Source: Terracidiphilus sp.
GTDB lineage: Bacteria > Acidobacteriota > Terriglobia > Terriglobales > Acidobacteriaceae
Direction of reading: 5' to 3'
Assembly (NCBI GenBank): GCA_049521035.1
Contig: JBEKPF010000003.1
Coordinates: 16,751 to 80,750, forward strand
Length of the DNA: 64,000 nucleotides
Below, in pieces: positions 1 to 8,191 of this stretch. Position 1 is the stretch's first letter. The number at the start of each line of letters is the position of its first letter. Position numbers and translations under genes: made by a program. The notes beneath the pieces are model-generated. The model saw only the letters and a program-made list of their open reading frames with translations, did not search any database and was not told the origin of the DNA.

Positions 1-611
1 TGGCCTCCGACATCCTGCTGTACCAGGCGCAGTTCGTGCCCGTGGGCAACGATCAAACCGCCCATGTCGAGGTCACTCGCGAAGTGGCTCGACGCTTCAA
101 CCAGTTCTACAAACTTGACGACCGCGAGGTTCTTCCTGAGCCTCAAGTCCTGCTGACTCCCTCGCCCAAACTTCCCGGCACCGACGGTCGCAAGATGTCC
201 AAGAGCTACGGCAATACCATCCTTCTTACGGACCGCGAGCCCATCGTTCGCCAGAAGCTCAAGACCATGGTCACTGACCCAGCTCGCATTCGCCGCACCG
301 ACCCCGGCGATCCAGACAAATGCCCGGTCGGGGATCTGCATAAAGTCTTTTCAACGCCAGAAACACTGGTGTCCGTCTATGAAGGCTGCCGCTCCGCCGG
401 GATCGGTTGCATTCAGTGCAAGAGCTGGGCAGCGGACGCCCTGGTCCGGATTCTGGAGCCCATCCAGGCCCGCCGCGAAAGCTTTTCTGAGTCGCAAGTA
501 ACGGAAATCCTCGAGGACGGTTCCAGCCGTGCCCGCACTAGAGCCGAACAGACCATGCGGGAAGTCCGTGCTGCCATGCAATTGGTTCCCGCCGGTGAAT
601 CCAACCGTTAA
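1..611 (+). CDS. trpS: tryptophan--tRNA ligase, C-terminal ~200 aa (5' end outside window)
   Basis: The frame is open from the window edge to TAA at 609-611. The translation reads ...LLYQAQFVPVGNDQTAHVEVTREVARRFN... and carries the class-I KMSKS loop (KMSKSYGN), as in TrpRS. Confidence 0.9.
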   Translation, partial: ASDILLYQAQFVPVGNDQTAHVEVTREVARRFNQFYKLDDREVLPEPQVLLTPSPKLPGTDGRKMSKSYGNTILLTDREPIVRQKLKTMVTDPARIRRTDPGDPDKCPVGDLHKVFSTPETLVSVYEGCRSAGIGCIQCKSWAADALVRILEPIQARRESFSESQVTEILEDGSSRARTRAEQTMREVRAAMQLVPAGESNR

Positions 612-696
612 CGGCCCCCCGCGCTCACGAAGCCTTTGCCACCGAGCCCGGTCTGCTGCCCAGCACACGAAGGTGTTACCCAGATAGTTTGCCCAC

Positions 697-724
697 TTGA
701 CACTTTCGTAGCCTGTTCTAACCT
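697..724 (+). promoter_or_regulatory. candidate sigma70-type promoter upstream of small ORF
   Basis: Perfect TTGACA (697-702), a 16-nt spacer, then TAACCT (719-724), about 90 nt upstream of the ATG at 813. This is a pattern match only. Confidence 0.3.
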
Positions 725-812
725 TGCCATCGGCCGATGTATAGGAATCAATGGACGTAGAGCTCTCGCTCCCGCTGCAAGTGTCGGGACCTGAGCGGCA
801 GGGGGAATGAAC

Positions 813-1091
813 ATGGTCAACAATAACCAGTCGCAACCGACAAAGACACTTGAGAAATCATCCAAGGGCATTCGGTCCGGGTTTGGCCTCTTTCGCCGGC
901 CCCCCGAGCCCAAATTCATGATCCAGGATCAGGAAATCTTCGTGCGGAGGCTTGAAGAAGTTCTGGATCCCGAACCGGTGAAAGCCGGCTACGCGCCCGA
1001 ACCGCCGCGGACCTTCAACGCCCCTCCGGCGGATGTCGCGCAGCCCGCAGCCCCCGTCTTTGCGTCGGCTCCAATCATGGAGCCAGTGTAG
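813..1091 (+). CDS. small hypothetical protein (92 aa) with ScpA-N-terminus-like motif
   Basis: ATG at 813 lies 6 nt after GGGGGA; an alternative ATG is at 807. I recognise no family. Residues SGFGLFRRPPE...FVRRLEEVLDPE parallel GGFGLFSKPPE...FLQRLEEILAAE in the ScpA N-terminus. The ORF ends at TAG 1089-1091. Confidence 0.5.
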   Translation: MVNNNQSQPTKTLEKSSKGIRSGFGLFRRPPEPKFMIQDQEIFVRRLEEVLDPEPVKAGYAPEPPRTFNAPPADVAQPAAPVFASAPIMEPV

Positions 1092-1431
1092 GTAGCGCGA
1101 TTAGCTTCGGACTGCGAATCTGACGAGAAGGTTGAACGTACCGCCGAACTCGCTGCATGGCAGGAGTCTGAGTGGAGGAATATCGTCCAAGCCGTGAGAG
1201 CCGGAGCTTTCTTCGCCACTGAGCCTGCTGCTTTGGATATCGCGGGTATCGACCAATTCCTGAAGGCGCACGCTGTTCCAATCAATCTCCCCCCGCACTG
1301 TCCCAGAGAGTTCCCTGGATCCTTGCTGTCGATCCTAATCAGCCCCTAGTCGATCCCCGCGCCAGCGGAGATTTGGCTATACAACAGGCGTGCGCGGACG
1401 TATAAATGAAATCGGCTAACAAATCCTCCCC

Positions 1432-1459
1432 TTGAGCCAAACCAAAAACGTACTACAAT
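1432..1459 (+). promoter_or_regulatory. candidate sigma70-type promoter (TTGAGC-N16-TACAAT) upstream of scpA
   Basis: TTGAGC at 1432-1437, a 16-nt spacer, and TACAAT at 1454-1459. This would leave a leader of about 250 nt before the scpA ATG at 1713. Confidence 0.4.
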
Positions 1460-1712
1460 CGCAATACACCGAGACCACTCGTTGTTCAGCTCACCCCTTG
1501 CCGCACCCCCGGCGGTACGTGGTTTCGATCAACAAACCTCTGTCACAGTTGCGCATGAAAGGCCACTAGGTAAGGTCACTCTCCTTTCTTTCGCGCCCGC
1601 CGGCACTCCCCCGCTGCGGTGCGTCGCCTTGCCCTAACGGAAGGCTCACTTGAGTTGCATAACGATGTGGCTTGGCCGGCGCGACGCGCAGCCCGAGTCA
1701 CCGGGGGAAAGT

Positions 1713-3170
1713 ATGCAAGAAAAGAAATTCGCGTGGTGGCAAAACGCCCTTGGCGGATTTGGCCTTTTCTCCAAGCCCCCTGAGCTATTACCCTATGAAG
1801 ACGACGGGTTCTTGCAGCGACTCGAGGAGATTCTGGCTGCTGAAACTGCATTGACGATCATCTCCCCCAATTCGCAGCCCAGCTCCGCCACTCCCGCCGA
1901 AGCTGACACACAGTCTTCCGTCCCGGACGGGACCGAAGCTCCGGTCTCAACTCCGACCACAGAATCCGTGCCAGACCTGCCCGCGGGCGCCGTGCCAGAA
2001 CTTGTCCCCGAATCTGCCTCGCGGCATGAACTCGGAGAGGAATCAGCCATAGAAGAAGCCGTCGTGGTCGAAACCACCCGCACCCCCGAACCAACTGAAG
2101 AGATTGCTGCACAACCGCATTCGAAGTTGATCTCTGGCGCCAAGCACCCGTTTTCCAAGAAGCCAGCCTCGGAGAGACTCTCCATCCGCGAGATTTCGCC
2201 CGCCGTTCCACCTGGGGAAGGCCCTTCTTTAGTTGAAACGTCCGCTTCTCCGGCCGTCGAGACCTCTCCATCTCTGGATTCCGGTCAGGCTTTTCCAAGG
2301 CGCCGCACCGCATCATTCATCCCAGAATCGGTTCCGGCTCCGAATCCCAGCCCGGAAAAAGCTGCGGCACAGAAAAAAACGGGAGGAAACGACGACGAAT
2401 CTCCCTTCTCGGTTATGGTTGGCCAGGTCTATGACGGGCCTCTTGATCTCCTGCTCGACCTCATCCGCAAGCAGGACATTGACATCTACGACATCCCCAT
2501 CGCCACTATCACGGCACAGTTCCTTGCCTATGTAAACCACCTGAGCGCCACCGACGTGGACGTGGCTGGCGAGTTCATCTACACCGCATCGCTGCTCATT
2601 CACATCAAAAGCAAGATGCTGCTGCCGCGTTCTCCGGCTGGTCCTGACGACGCACCCGAGGACCCACGCCGCGAGCTTGTCGAGCGCCTCCTCGAACACG
2701 AGCGTTTCAAAAACGCCGCCCAGATGCTCCAGCAGAAACAAATGCTCGAAGCCGCAACCTGGACCAACCCCGGCGTCCGCGAATTCCAGGACGTTGCCAA
2801 TGATGAGCCGGATATCGCCGCCGACACCGTGGACCTGGTGCGGATCTTTCACGAGATTCTGGAGCGCGCCCGCAAGCGCCCCGTCATCGATCTCGAGGAA
2901 GACACGGCGACCGTGGGCCAGATGATCCAGTTCCTCTCCCGTCGTCTCTCCATCGAGGACAAGCCGGTTGCTCTCCGCAGCCTGCTCAGCAACACCCGCT
3001 CTGAGAAAGCGCTGGTGGCCATCTTTCTCGCCCTGCTTGAGCTCGTCCGACTTCAGGCCATCCTCCTCCGCCAGGACCGCGCCTTCTCTGAGATTTTTAT
3101 CAAGAAGCAAGCCGGATTCGAGACTGTCATGAACGAGGGTCTCGCCAACGCCCGCGATGACTGGCGCTGA
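1713..3170 (+). CDS. scpA: segregation and condensation protein A (kleisin) with ~230-aa low-complexity N-terminal extension
   Basis: The C-terminal ~250 aa is typical ScpA: VGQVYDGPLDLLLDLIRKQDIDIYDIPIATITAQFLAYV...LFLALLELVRLQAI. The N-terminal part is P/S/E/A-rich. The start is uncertain (ATG 1713 after GGGGGA; the ORF is open from TTG 1650). Confidence 0.85.
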   Translation: MQEKKFAWWQNALGGFGLFSKPPELLPYEDDGFLQRLEEILAAETALTIISPNSQPSSATPAEADTQSSVPDGTEAPVSTPTTESVPDLPAGAVPELVPESASRHELGEESAIEEAVVVETTRTPEPTEEIAAQPHSKLISGAKHPFSKKPASERLSIREISPAVPPGEGPSLVETSASPAVETSPSLDSGQAFPRRRTASFIPESVPAPNPSPEKAAAQKKTGGNDDESPFSVMVGQVYDGPLDLLLDLIRKQDIDIYDIPIATITAQFLAYVNHLSATDVDVAGEFIYTASLLIHIKSKMLLPRSPAGPDDAPEDPRRELVERLLEHERFKNAAQMLQQKQMLEAATWTNPGVREFQDVANDEPDIAADTVDLVRIFHEILERARKRPVIDLEEDTATVGQMIQFLSRRLSIEDKPVALRSLLSNTRSEKALVAIFLALLELVRLQAILLRQDRAFSEIFIKKQAGFETVMNEGLANARDDWR

Positions 3171-3309
3171 TCCGGTCAGGCGCTTTCTAGGCTTCTTCGG
3201 GCTCGCCGTACCGCGATTTCCACCGTTCAACCCCTTTCCTTTCTTGACCCGCGCCTAAGCGGTGTAGAATTTAGAAAGCAGATCCAGTTTTTCCTGGTTC
3301 ACCGAGCAA

Positions 3310-3345
3310 ACAACTGCGAAAGATTGCAGTTGTTGGGGTTTTATG
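3310..3345 (+). terminator. putative rho-independent terminator after scpA
   Basis: A 9-bp perfect stem (AACAACTGC 3310-3318 pairing with GCAGTTGTT 3327-3335) with an 8-nt loop, followed by GGGGTTTTAT. Confidence 0.5.
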
Positions 3346-3482
3346 GACGTCCATTTATCGGTCTCTTCTTTCTCCTCCTGCAGTTCATCTCCTTTCTATC
3401 CACTTTGTATCGCCGCCGCTGAACTCCCACCTTGGAGGTCCAGGCGCCACCGGAATTTCTCCGGTCGCCTAGGAAACTTCTG

Positions 3483-5102
3483 ATGGCAAGTGTGGCAACG
3501 TCAGTTGAGGTGATTCCTGCGAGCGCGTCGATCCTTGATCGCAGGCAAACTAATTCTCAAAGCAGAGCCAGCATGGCTGTCTTCTCCGCAGCGTTGTTGG
3601 CCGCCCTGGGCTACATCGGCTTCCATGTCGTAAGTGATCTCGACTCTGTGACGGTGACCAGTGCCTGGCCTTATCTCTTGCTTACCCTGGCTCTGCTCAT
3701 CGCCCTCGGCTTCGAGTTCGTCAACGGCTTCCATGACACTGCGAATGCAGTAGCGACGGTCATCTACACCCACTCGCTCGAACCGAACATTGCCGTGGTC
3801 TGGTCTGGAATCTGCAACCTTGCAGGTGTGCTCGCGTCCAGCGGAACGGTGGCATTCGCCGTTATCACCTTGCTTCCTGTCGAACTCATCATCCAAGTCA
3901 GTTCAGGCGCGGGCTTCGCCATGGTCTTTGCGCTGCTCATCGCCGCCATTGTTTGGAACCTCAGCACTTGGTGGTTCGGCCTGCCTGCCTCCAGTTCACA
4001 CACCATGGTCGGCTCCATCATTGGCGTTGGCATCGCCAACCAACTCATGAACACCCACAACGGCACCTCCGGCGTGGACTGGGAACAGGCTATGAAGGTT
4101 CTCCAGGTCCTTCTGATCTCGCCGGTACTCGGATTCGGATTTGCAGCACTACTCATCTTCCTATCCAAGCGTCTCATCAAGTACCCCTCTCTTTATGAGG
4201 CGCCGAAGGGCAATCAACCGCCGCCCTTTCCCATTCGAGCACTCATGGTGCTCACCTGCACCGGGGTCAGTTTTTTCCATGGATCCAACGACGGCCAGAA
4301 GGGCATGGGACTCATCATGCTCATCCTCATTGGCACGGTCCCCACTGCCTATGCGCTCAACCACGCCGTCACGGCGAGCGACATTCAAGACTTCATCGCC
4401 GCCTCCGAGCGGGCCGGACACATCCTCGATCGTCACGTCGATAAAAATGGGATCCTCGGTCCCGATGCGCGCGCTGAAGTCACCGACTATATCCGCACCA
4501 GGCAGATCCAGCCTGACACCATTTTGGCACTGCGCGAATTGATCGAAGATCTCAATCACGAAGTGGTCCTGTACAAGGCTTTCAAATCGGTTCCCCCGCA
4601 GGATCAGGCCAATGTCCGCAACGACATGTACGTGGCAAGCGAAGCCATCCGTTTGATGGAAAAGAACCATAACCCGGTCTTTACGCCGGCTGAAACAGCC
4701 GCGCTCACCACCTACAAAAGCAAGGTGGATAAGGCCACCAAGTTCATTCCGGACTGGGTCAAGGTAGCCGTTGCTTTGGCGTTGGGTCTGGGCACCATGG
4801 TCGGCTGGAAGCGCATCGTCGTCACAGTTGGCGAAAAAATCGGCAAAGAGCATCTCACCTATGCCCAGGGCGCCACAGCGAGCCTGGTCGCCATGAGCAC
4901 GATCTTCGCCGCCAACACATTTGGTCTACCGGTGAGCACAACGCACGTTCTCAGTTCAGGCATCGCCGGCACTATGGTCGCAAATGGCAGCGGATTGCGT
5001 ATTTCCACTATTCGCAACATCGCTTCCGGCTGGGTTTTTACGCTGCCGGCCGCGGCGCTGCTCTCCGGCGCGCTCTATTGGCTCTTCCGCGCCATCTCTT
5101 GA
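3483..5102 (+). CDS. pit: inorganic phosphate transporter, PiT (PHO4) family, copy 1
   Basis: The PHO4-type signatures GFEFVNGFHDTANAVATVIYT and HGSNDGQKGMG are present, with about 10-12 hydrophobic segments and a large central soluble loop. The start is chosen because its N-terminus (MASVATSVEV...) parallels that of copy 2. Confidence 0.9.
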   Translation: MASVATSVEVIPASASILDRRQTNSQSRASMAVFSAALLAALGYIGFHVVSDLDSVTVTSAWPYLLLTLALLIALGFEFVNGFHDTANAVATVIYTHSLEPNIAVVWSGICNLAGVLASSGTVAFAVITLLPVELIIQVSSGAGFAMVFALLIAAIVWNLSTWWFGLPASSSHTMVGSIIGVGIANQLMNTHNGTSGVDWEQAMKVLQVLLISPVLGFGFAALLIFLSKRLIKYPSLYEAPKGNQPPPFPIRALMVLTCTGVSFFHGSNDGQKGMGLIMLILIGTVPTAYALNHAVTASDIQDFIAASERAGHILDRHVDKNGILGPDARAEVTDYIRTRQIQPDTILALRELIEDLNHEVVLYKAFKSVPPQDQANVRNDMYVASEAIRLMEKNHNPVFTPAETAALTTYKSKVDKATKFIPDWVKVAVALALGLGTMVGWKRIVVTVGEKIGKEHLTYAQGATASLVAMSTIFAANTFGLPVSTTHVLSSGIAGTMVANGSGLRISTIRNIASGWVFTLPAAALLSGALYWLFRAIS

Positions 5103-5308
5103 GCAGCTGCCGAACTCGTCTTGAAGGTGCCCCCAGCCTCCGGGCACCCCTCTCCTCGCCCGACCGGAGCCGTTTCAAGTCGATTTGCCAAGGATCTCCG
5201 GTAACAATTCATCCCCTTTTCATCTGACTCGTATATCCATTGCTGAGTCTGGTTTTGCGCCCCCAGCGGTCCCGGACAGCAATTCCATTCCATCTCTGGA
5301 GCCTCTCC

Positions 5309-6931
5309 ATGTCAGATCTGGCTACAACCGTTCCTGGCCGTCCTCCTGCATCCGCACTACTCGAAAAGAAGATGAAGAAGTCCCATGCCCTGATCAGCGG
5401 AATCGTCGTCTTCGGCGCGTTGATTGCCGGCATCGGCTTCATCGGCTTCAACATATCCAGCGACTTCCAGGGAGTCACAGTAGGCAGCTTCTGGCCCTAT
5501 CTTCTGCTGGTTGTCGCCCTCCTGATCGCGCTGGGATTTGAGTTTGTGAACGGCTTCCACGACACGGCAAATGCAGTGGCAACAGTCATTTACACCCATT
5601 CGCTCGACCCGAATATTGCCGTGGTCTGGTCTGGTATGTGCAATCTTGCAGGAGTGCTCACTTCCTCTGGCACAGTGGCTTTCACGGTCATCACCCTGCT
5701 TCCGGTCGAACTCATCCTGCAGGTGAGTTCGGGAGCCGGGTTCTCCATGGTGTTCGCTCTGCTTTTCGCCGCTATCTTGTGGAACCTGGGCACCTGGTGG
5801 TTCGGCCTGCCCGCCTCGAGTTCCCACACCATGATCGGTTCCATCATCGGCGTCGGACTTGCGAACCAACTGATGAATGGGCATGACGGCACCTCCGGCA
5901 TCGACGTCGATCAAGTTACAAAGGTCTTCAAGGTGCTGCTGATTTCGCCGGTTGTGGGATTCGGTGTAGCCGCGCTGCTATTCCTGCTCGCGAAAGCGAC
6001 CATCAAGTACCCCGCACTCTACGAGGCGCCCAAGGGCGATACGCCCCCACCGTGGCCCATCCGGCTCCTGCTGGTCCTGACTTGCACTGGTGTGAGCTAC
6101 GGTCACGGCTCCAATGACGGACAGAAGGGCATGGGTCTCATCATGCTCATCCTCATCGGCACAGTTCCCACTGCCTATGCGCTGAACCACGCAGTCACCG
6201 GCAGTGATGTCCAGGACTTCGTCGCTTCCTCTGAGCAGGCGGGACACATTCTCGACCGCCATGTCGACAAAGCCGGTATCCTGGGCGCCGACCCCCGGAC
6301 AGAAGTCACAGACTATATCCGCACCAAGAAGATTCAGCCGGACACAATTCTTGCCCTCCGGGAGTTGGTGGAAGACCTGAATCACGAAGTCGCCCTCTAC
6401 AAGGAGTTCAAGTCGGTCCCACCCAACCAGCAAGCCAACGTTCGCAACGACATGTATGTCGCCAGCGAAGCCATTCGCCTGATGCAAAAGAACAAGACCC
6501 CGGCTTTCACCGCAGATGAAAACGCAGCGCTGGCCAACTACAAGAGCAAGGTGGACAAGGCCACCAAGTTCATTCCCACCTGGGTCAAGGTAGCCGTAGC
6601 CCTGGCGCTTGGCATGGGCACCATGGTCGGCTGGAAGCGCATCGTCGTCACCGTTGGCGAGAAAATCGGCAAGGAGCACCTCACCTACGCTCAGGGCGCC
6701 ACCGCCGAATTGGTTGCGATGGCCACCATTATCGGTGCTGACAACTTTGGACTCCCGGTCTCCACCACCCACGTCTTAAGCTCGGGCGTAGCCGGTACGA
6801 TGTTTGCCAATCGGAGCGGCCTGCAGTGGTCCACACTGCGCAGCATCGCGATGGCCTGGGTCCTGACCCTGCCCGCGGCAGCACTTCTCTCCGGTACTCT
6901 GTTCTGGTCGTTCAGCAAGATCTCCCACTAA
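5309..6931 (+). CDS. pit: inorganic phosphate transporter, PiT (PHO4) family, copy 2 (tandem paralogue)
   Basis: The protein is collinear with copy 1 over its full length, very roughly 80% identical by eye, with the same GFEFVNGFHDTANAVATVIYT and HGSNDGQKGMG motifs. Confidence 0.9.
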   Translation: MSDLATTVPGRPPASALLEKKMKKSHALISGIVVFGALIAGIGFIGFNISSDFQGVTVGSFWPYLLLVVALLIALGFEFVNGFHDTANAVATVIYTHSLDPNIAVVWSGMCNLAGVLTSSGTVAFTVITLLPVELILQVSSGAGFSMVFALLFAAILWNLGTWWFGLPASSSHTMIGSIIGVGLANQLMNGHDGTSGIDVDQVTKVFKVLLISPVVGFGVAALLFLLAKATIKYPALYEAPKGDTPPPWPIRLLLVLTCTGVSYGHGSNDGQKGMGLIMLILIGTVPTAYALNHAVTGSDVQDFVASSEQAGHILDRHVDKAGILGADPRTEVTDYIRTKKIQPDTILALRELVEDLNHEVALYKEFKSVPPNQQANVRNDMYVASEAIRLMQKNKTPAFTADENAALANYKSKVDKATKFIPTWVKVAVALALGMGTMVGWKRIVVTVGEKIGKEHLTYAQGATAELVAMATIIGADNFGLPVSTTHVLSSGVAGTMFANRSGLQWSTLRSIAMAWVLTLPAAALLSGTLFWSFSKISH

Positions 6932-6953
6932 GCTGCTTTTTTTCTGCCTCTCA

Positions 6954-6986
6954 GGGCGTTCGCTTAGGCGGACGCCCTTTTTTCTT
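6954..6986 (+). terminator. rho-independent terminator after second pit gene
   Basis: GGGCGTTCGC, loop TTAG, GCGGACGCCC form a 10-bp stem with one G-U pair, followed directly by TTTTTTCTT. Confidence 0.8.
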
Positions 6987-7066
6987 CGTTAATGGGCGCT
7001 CGCGAGCCCGCGATGCACACACAGGCCCCGCCCCATCCGGTACCATACTTGAGGTACCTATTGCCG

Positions 7067-8191
7067 ATGAGCCTGAAAGCCAAACTGGAAGCTGTCATTT
7101 ACGCCGCGGAAGAGCCCGTCACGCTGGCTCAGCTCTCCGCCCTTTTTGCATCTGAAGCCCTGGAATGGAAGAGCGAACAGGCCGCGAATGCGGAACAAGC
7201 CGCCGAAAACCAGGCAGCCGAGTCTCTATCGCTGATCCCCACCGAACTAGGTGATCTGGACGTGGATCAGACAAGCGGCTCCTCTGCAGTTCCTGAAACC
7301 GATCCCGAGACCGCCGTCGCCGAGCCCCAACCAGACGCTGTCCCCGATTCGAGTCCGGAACTCACCGCCGCACAAGGCGCCGGAACTGCAATCTCACCAC
7401 TTCAGAAGATCGATGAGGAGCTTGAAGCGAAGCGGCTTGTCCGTCAGCGCGACCGCGAAGTGCGCGCCGCGCTCCGCGATCTTCTTGATGAACTGATTGT
7501 GGACTACGCCTCCGACAACCGTGGCATCGAGATCCGCGAAATCGCTGGTGGCTATCGCATGGCGACCAAGCCTGAGTGCCACGATGCCGTCCGCGCATTC
7601 GTCAAGAGCCTCAAACCACCCATGAAGCTGTCTCTGCCAGCTCTTGAAACCCTGGCCGTGATTGCCTATAAGCAGCCCGTCACCGCCCCTGAAGTCAACG
7701 AAATCCGCGGTGTGGAGTCCTCCGGCGTCTTCGGATCGCTGCTTGCCCGCAAGCTCATCGCTACCGCCGGTCGCAAGCAGGTCATTGGACGTCCCATCCT
7801 GTACAAGACAACCCGCGAGTTTCTTCTCCGCTTTGGCCTGAAAGACGTCACCGAACTCCCGTCCATGGAGGAGTTCGAAAAAATGGCGGCACTCGAGCTC
7901 GACGACTCGGATTCTTCCTCCAGCGAAGAGCCCGGCCTGACAAATGCCTCGGAGGCAGATCAGAACCGCAGCTTGGATTTCGACCAGTCCCTCGCAGAAG
8001 AATCTACAGGTGAAGTCTCTGCCGAATCGCCAGAAGTCGCTGAAACATCCGTGACCGCCGAGATGGCGGCCAGCATCGAATCTTCAACCCCGGACGAGGC
8101 TGCGCCTGCTGCGCCTCCGGCCACAGAGCAGGCAGAAACCGAGACTTCCTCAAATGGCGAAGAAATCCACCAAAACAACCAAAGCAGATGA
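7067..8191 (+). CDS. scpB: segregation and condensation protein B with acidic insertion and acidic C-terminal tail
   Basis: KLEAVIYAAEEPVTLAQLSALF and GIEIREIAGGYRMATKPE...LSLPALETLAVIAYKQPVTAPEVNEIRGVESSGVFGSLLARKLI...GRPILYKTT.EFL..FGL are typical ScpB winged helices. A roughly 100-aa E/A/P-rich insert and a roughly 100-aa acidic tail are extra. Confidence 0.85.
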   Translation: MSLKAKLEAVIYAAEEPVTLAQLSALFASEALEWKSEQAANAEQAAENQAAESLSLIPTELGDLDVDQTSGSSAVPETDPETAVAEPQPDAVPDSSPELTAAQGAGTAISPLQKIDEELEAKRLVRQRDREVRAALRDLLDELIVDYASDNRGIEIREIAGGYRMATKPECHDAVRAFVKSLKPPMKLSLPALETLAVIAYKQPVTAPEVNEIRGVESSGVFGSLLARKLIATAGRKQVIGRPILYKTTREFLLRFGLKDVTELPSMEEFEKMAALELDDSDSSSSEEPGLTNASEADQNRSLDFDQSLAEESTGEVSAESPEVAETSVTAEMAASIESSTPDEAAPAAPPATEQAETETSSNGEEIHQNNQSR

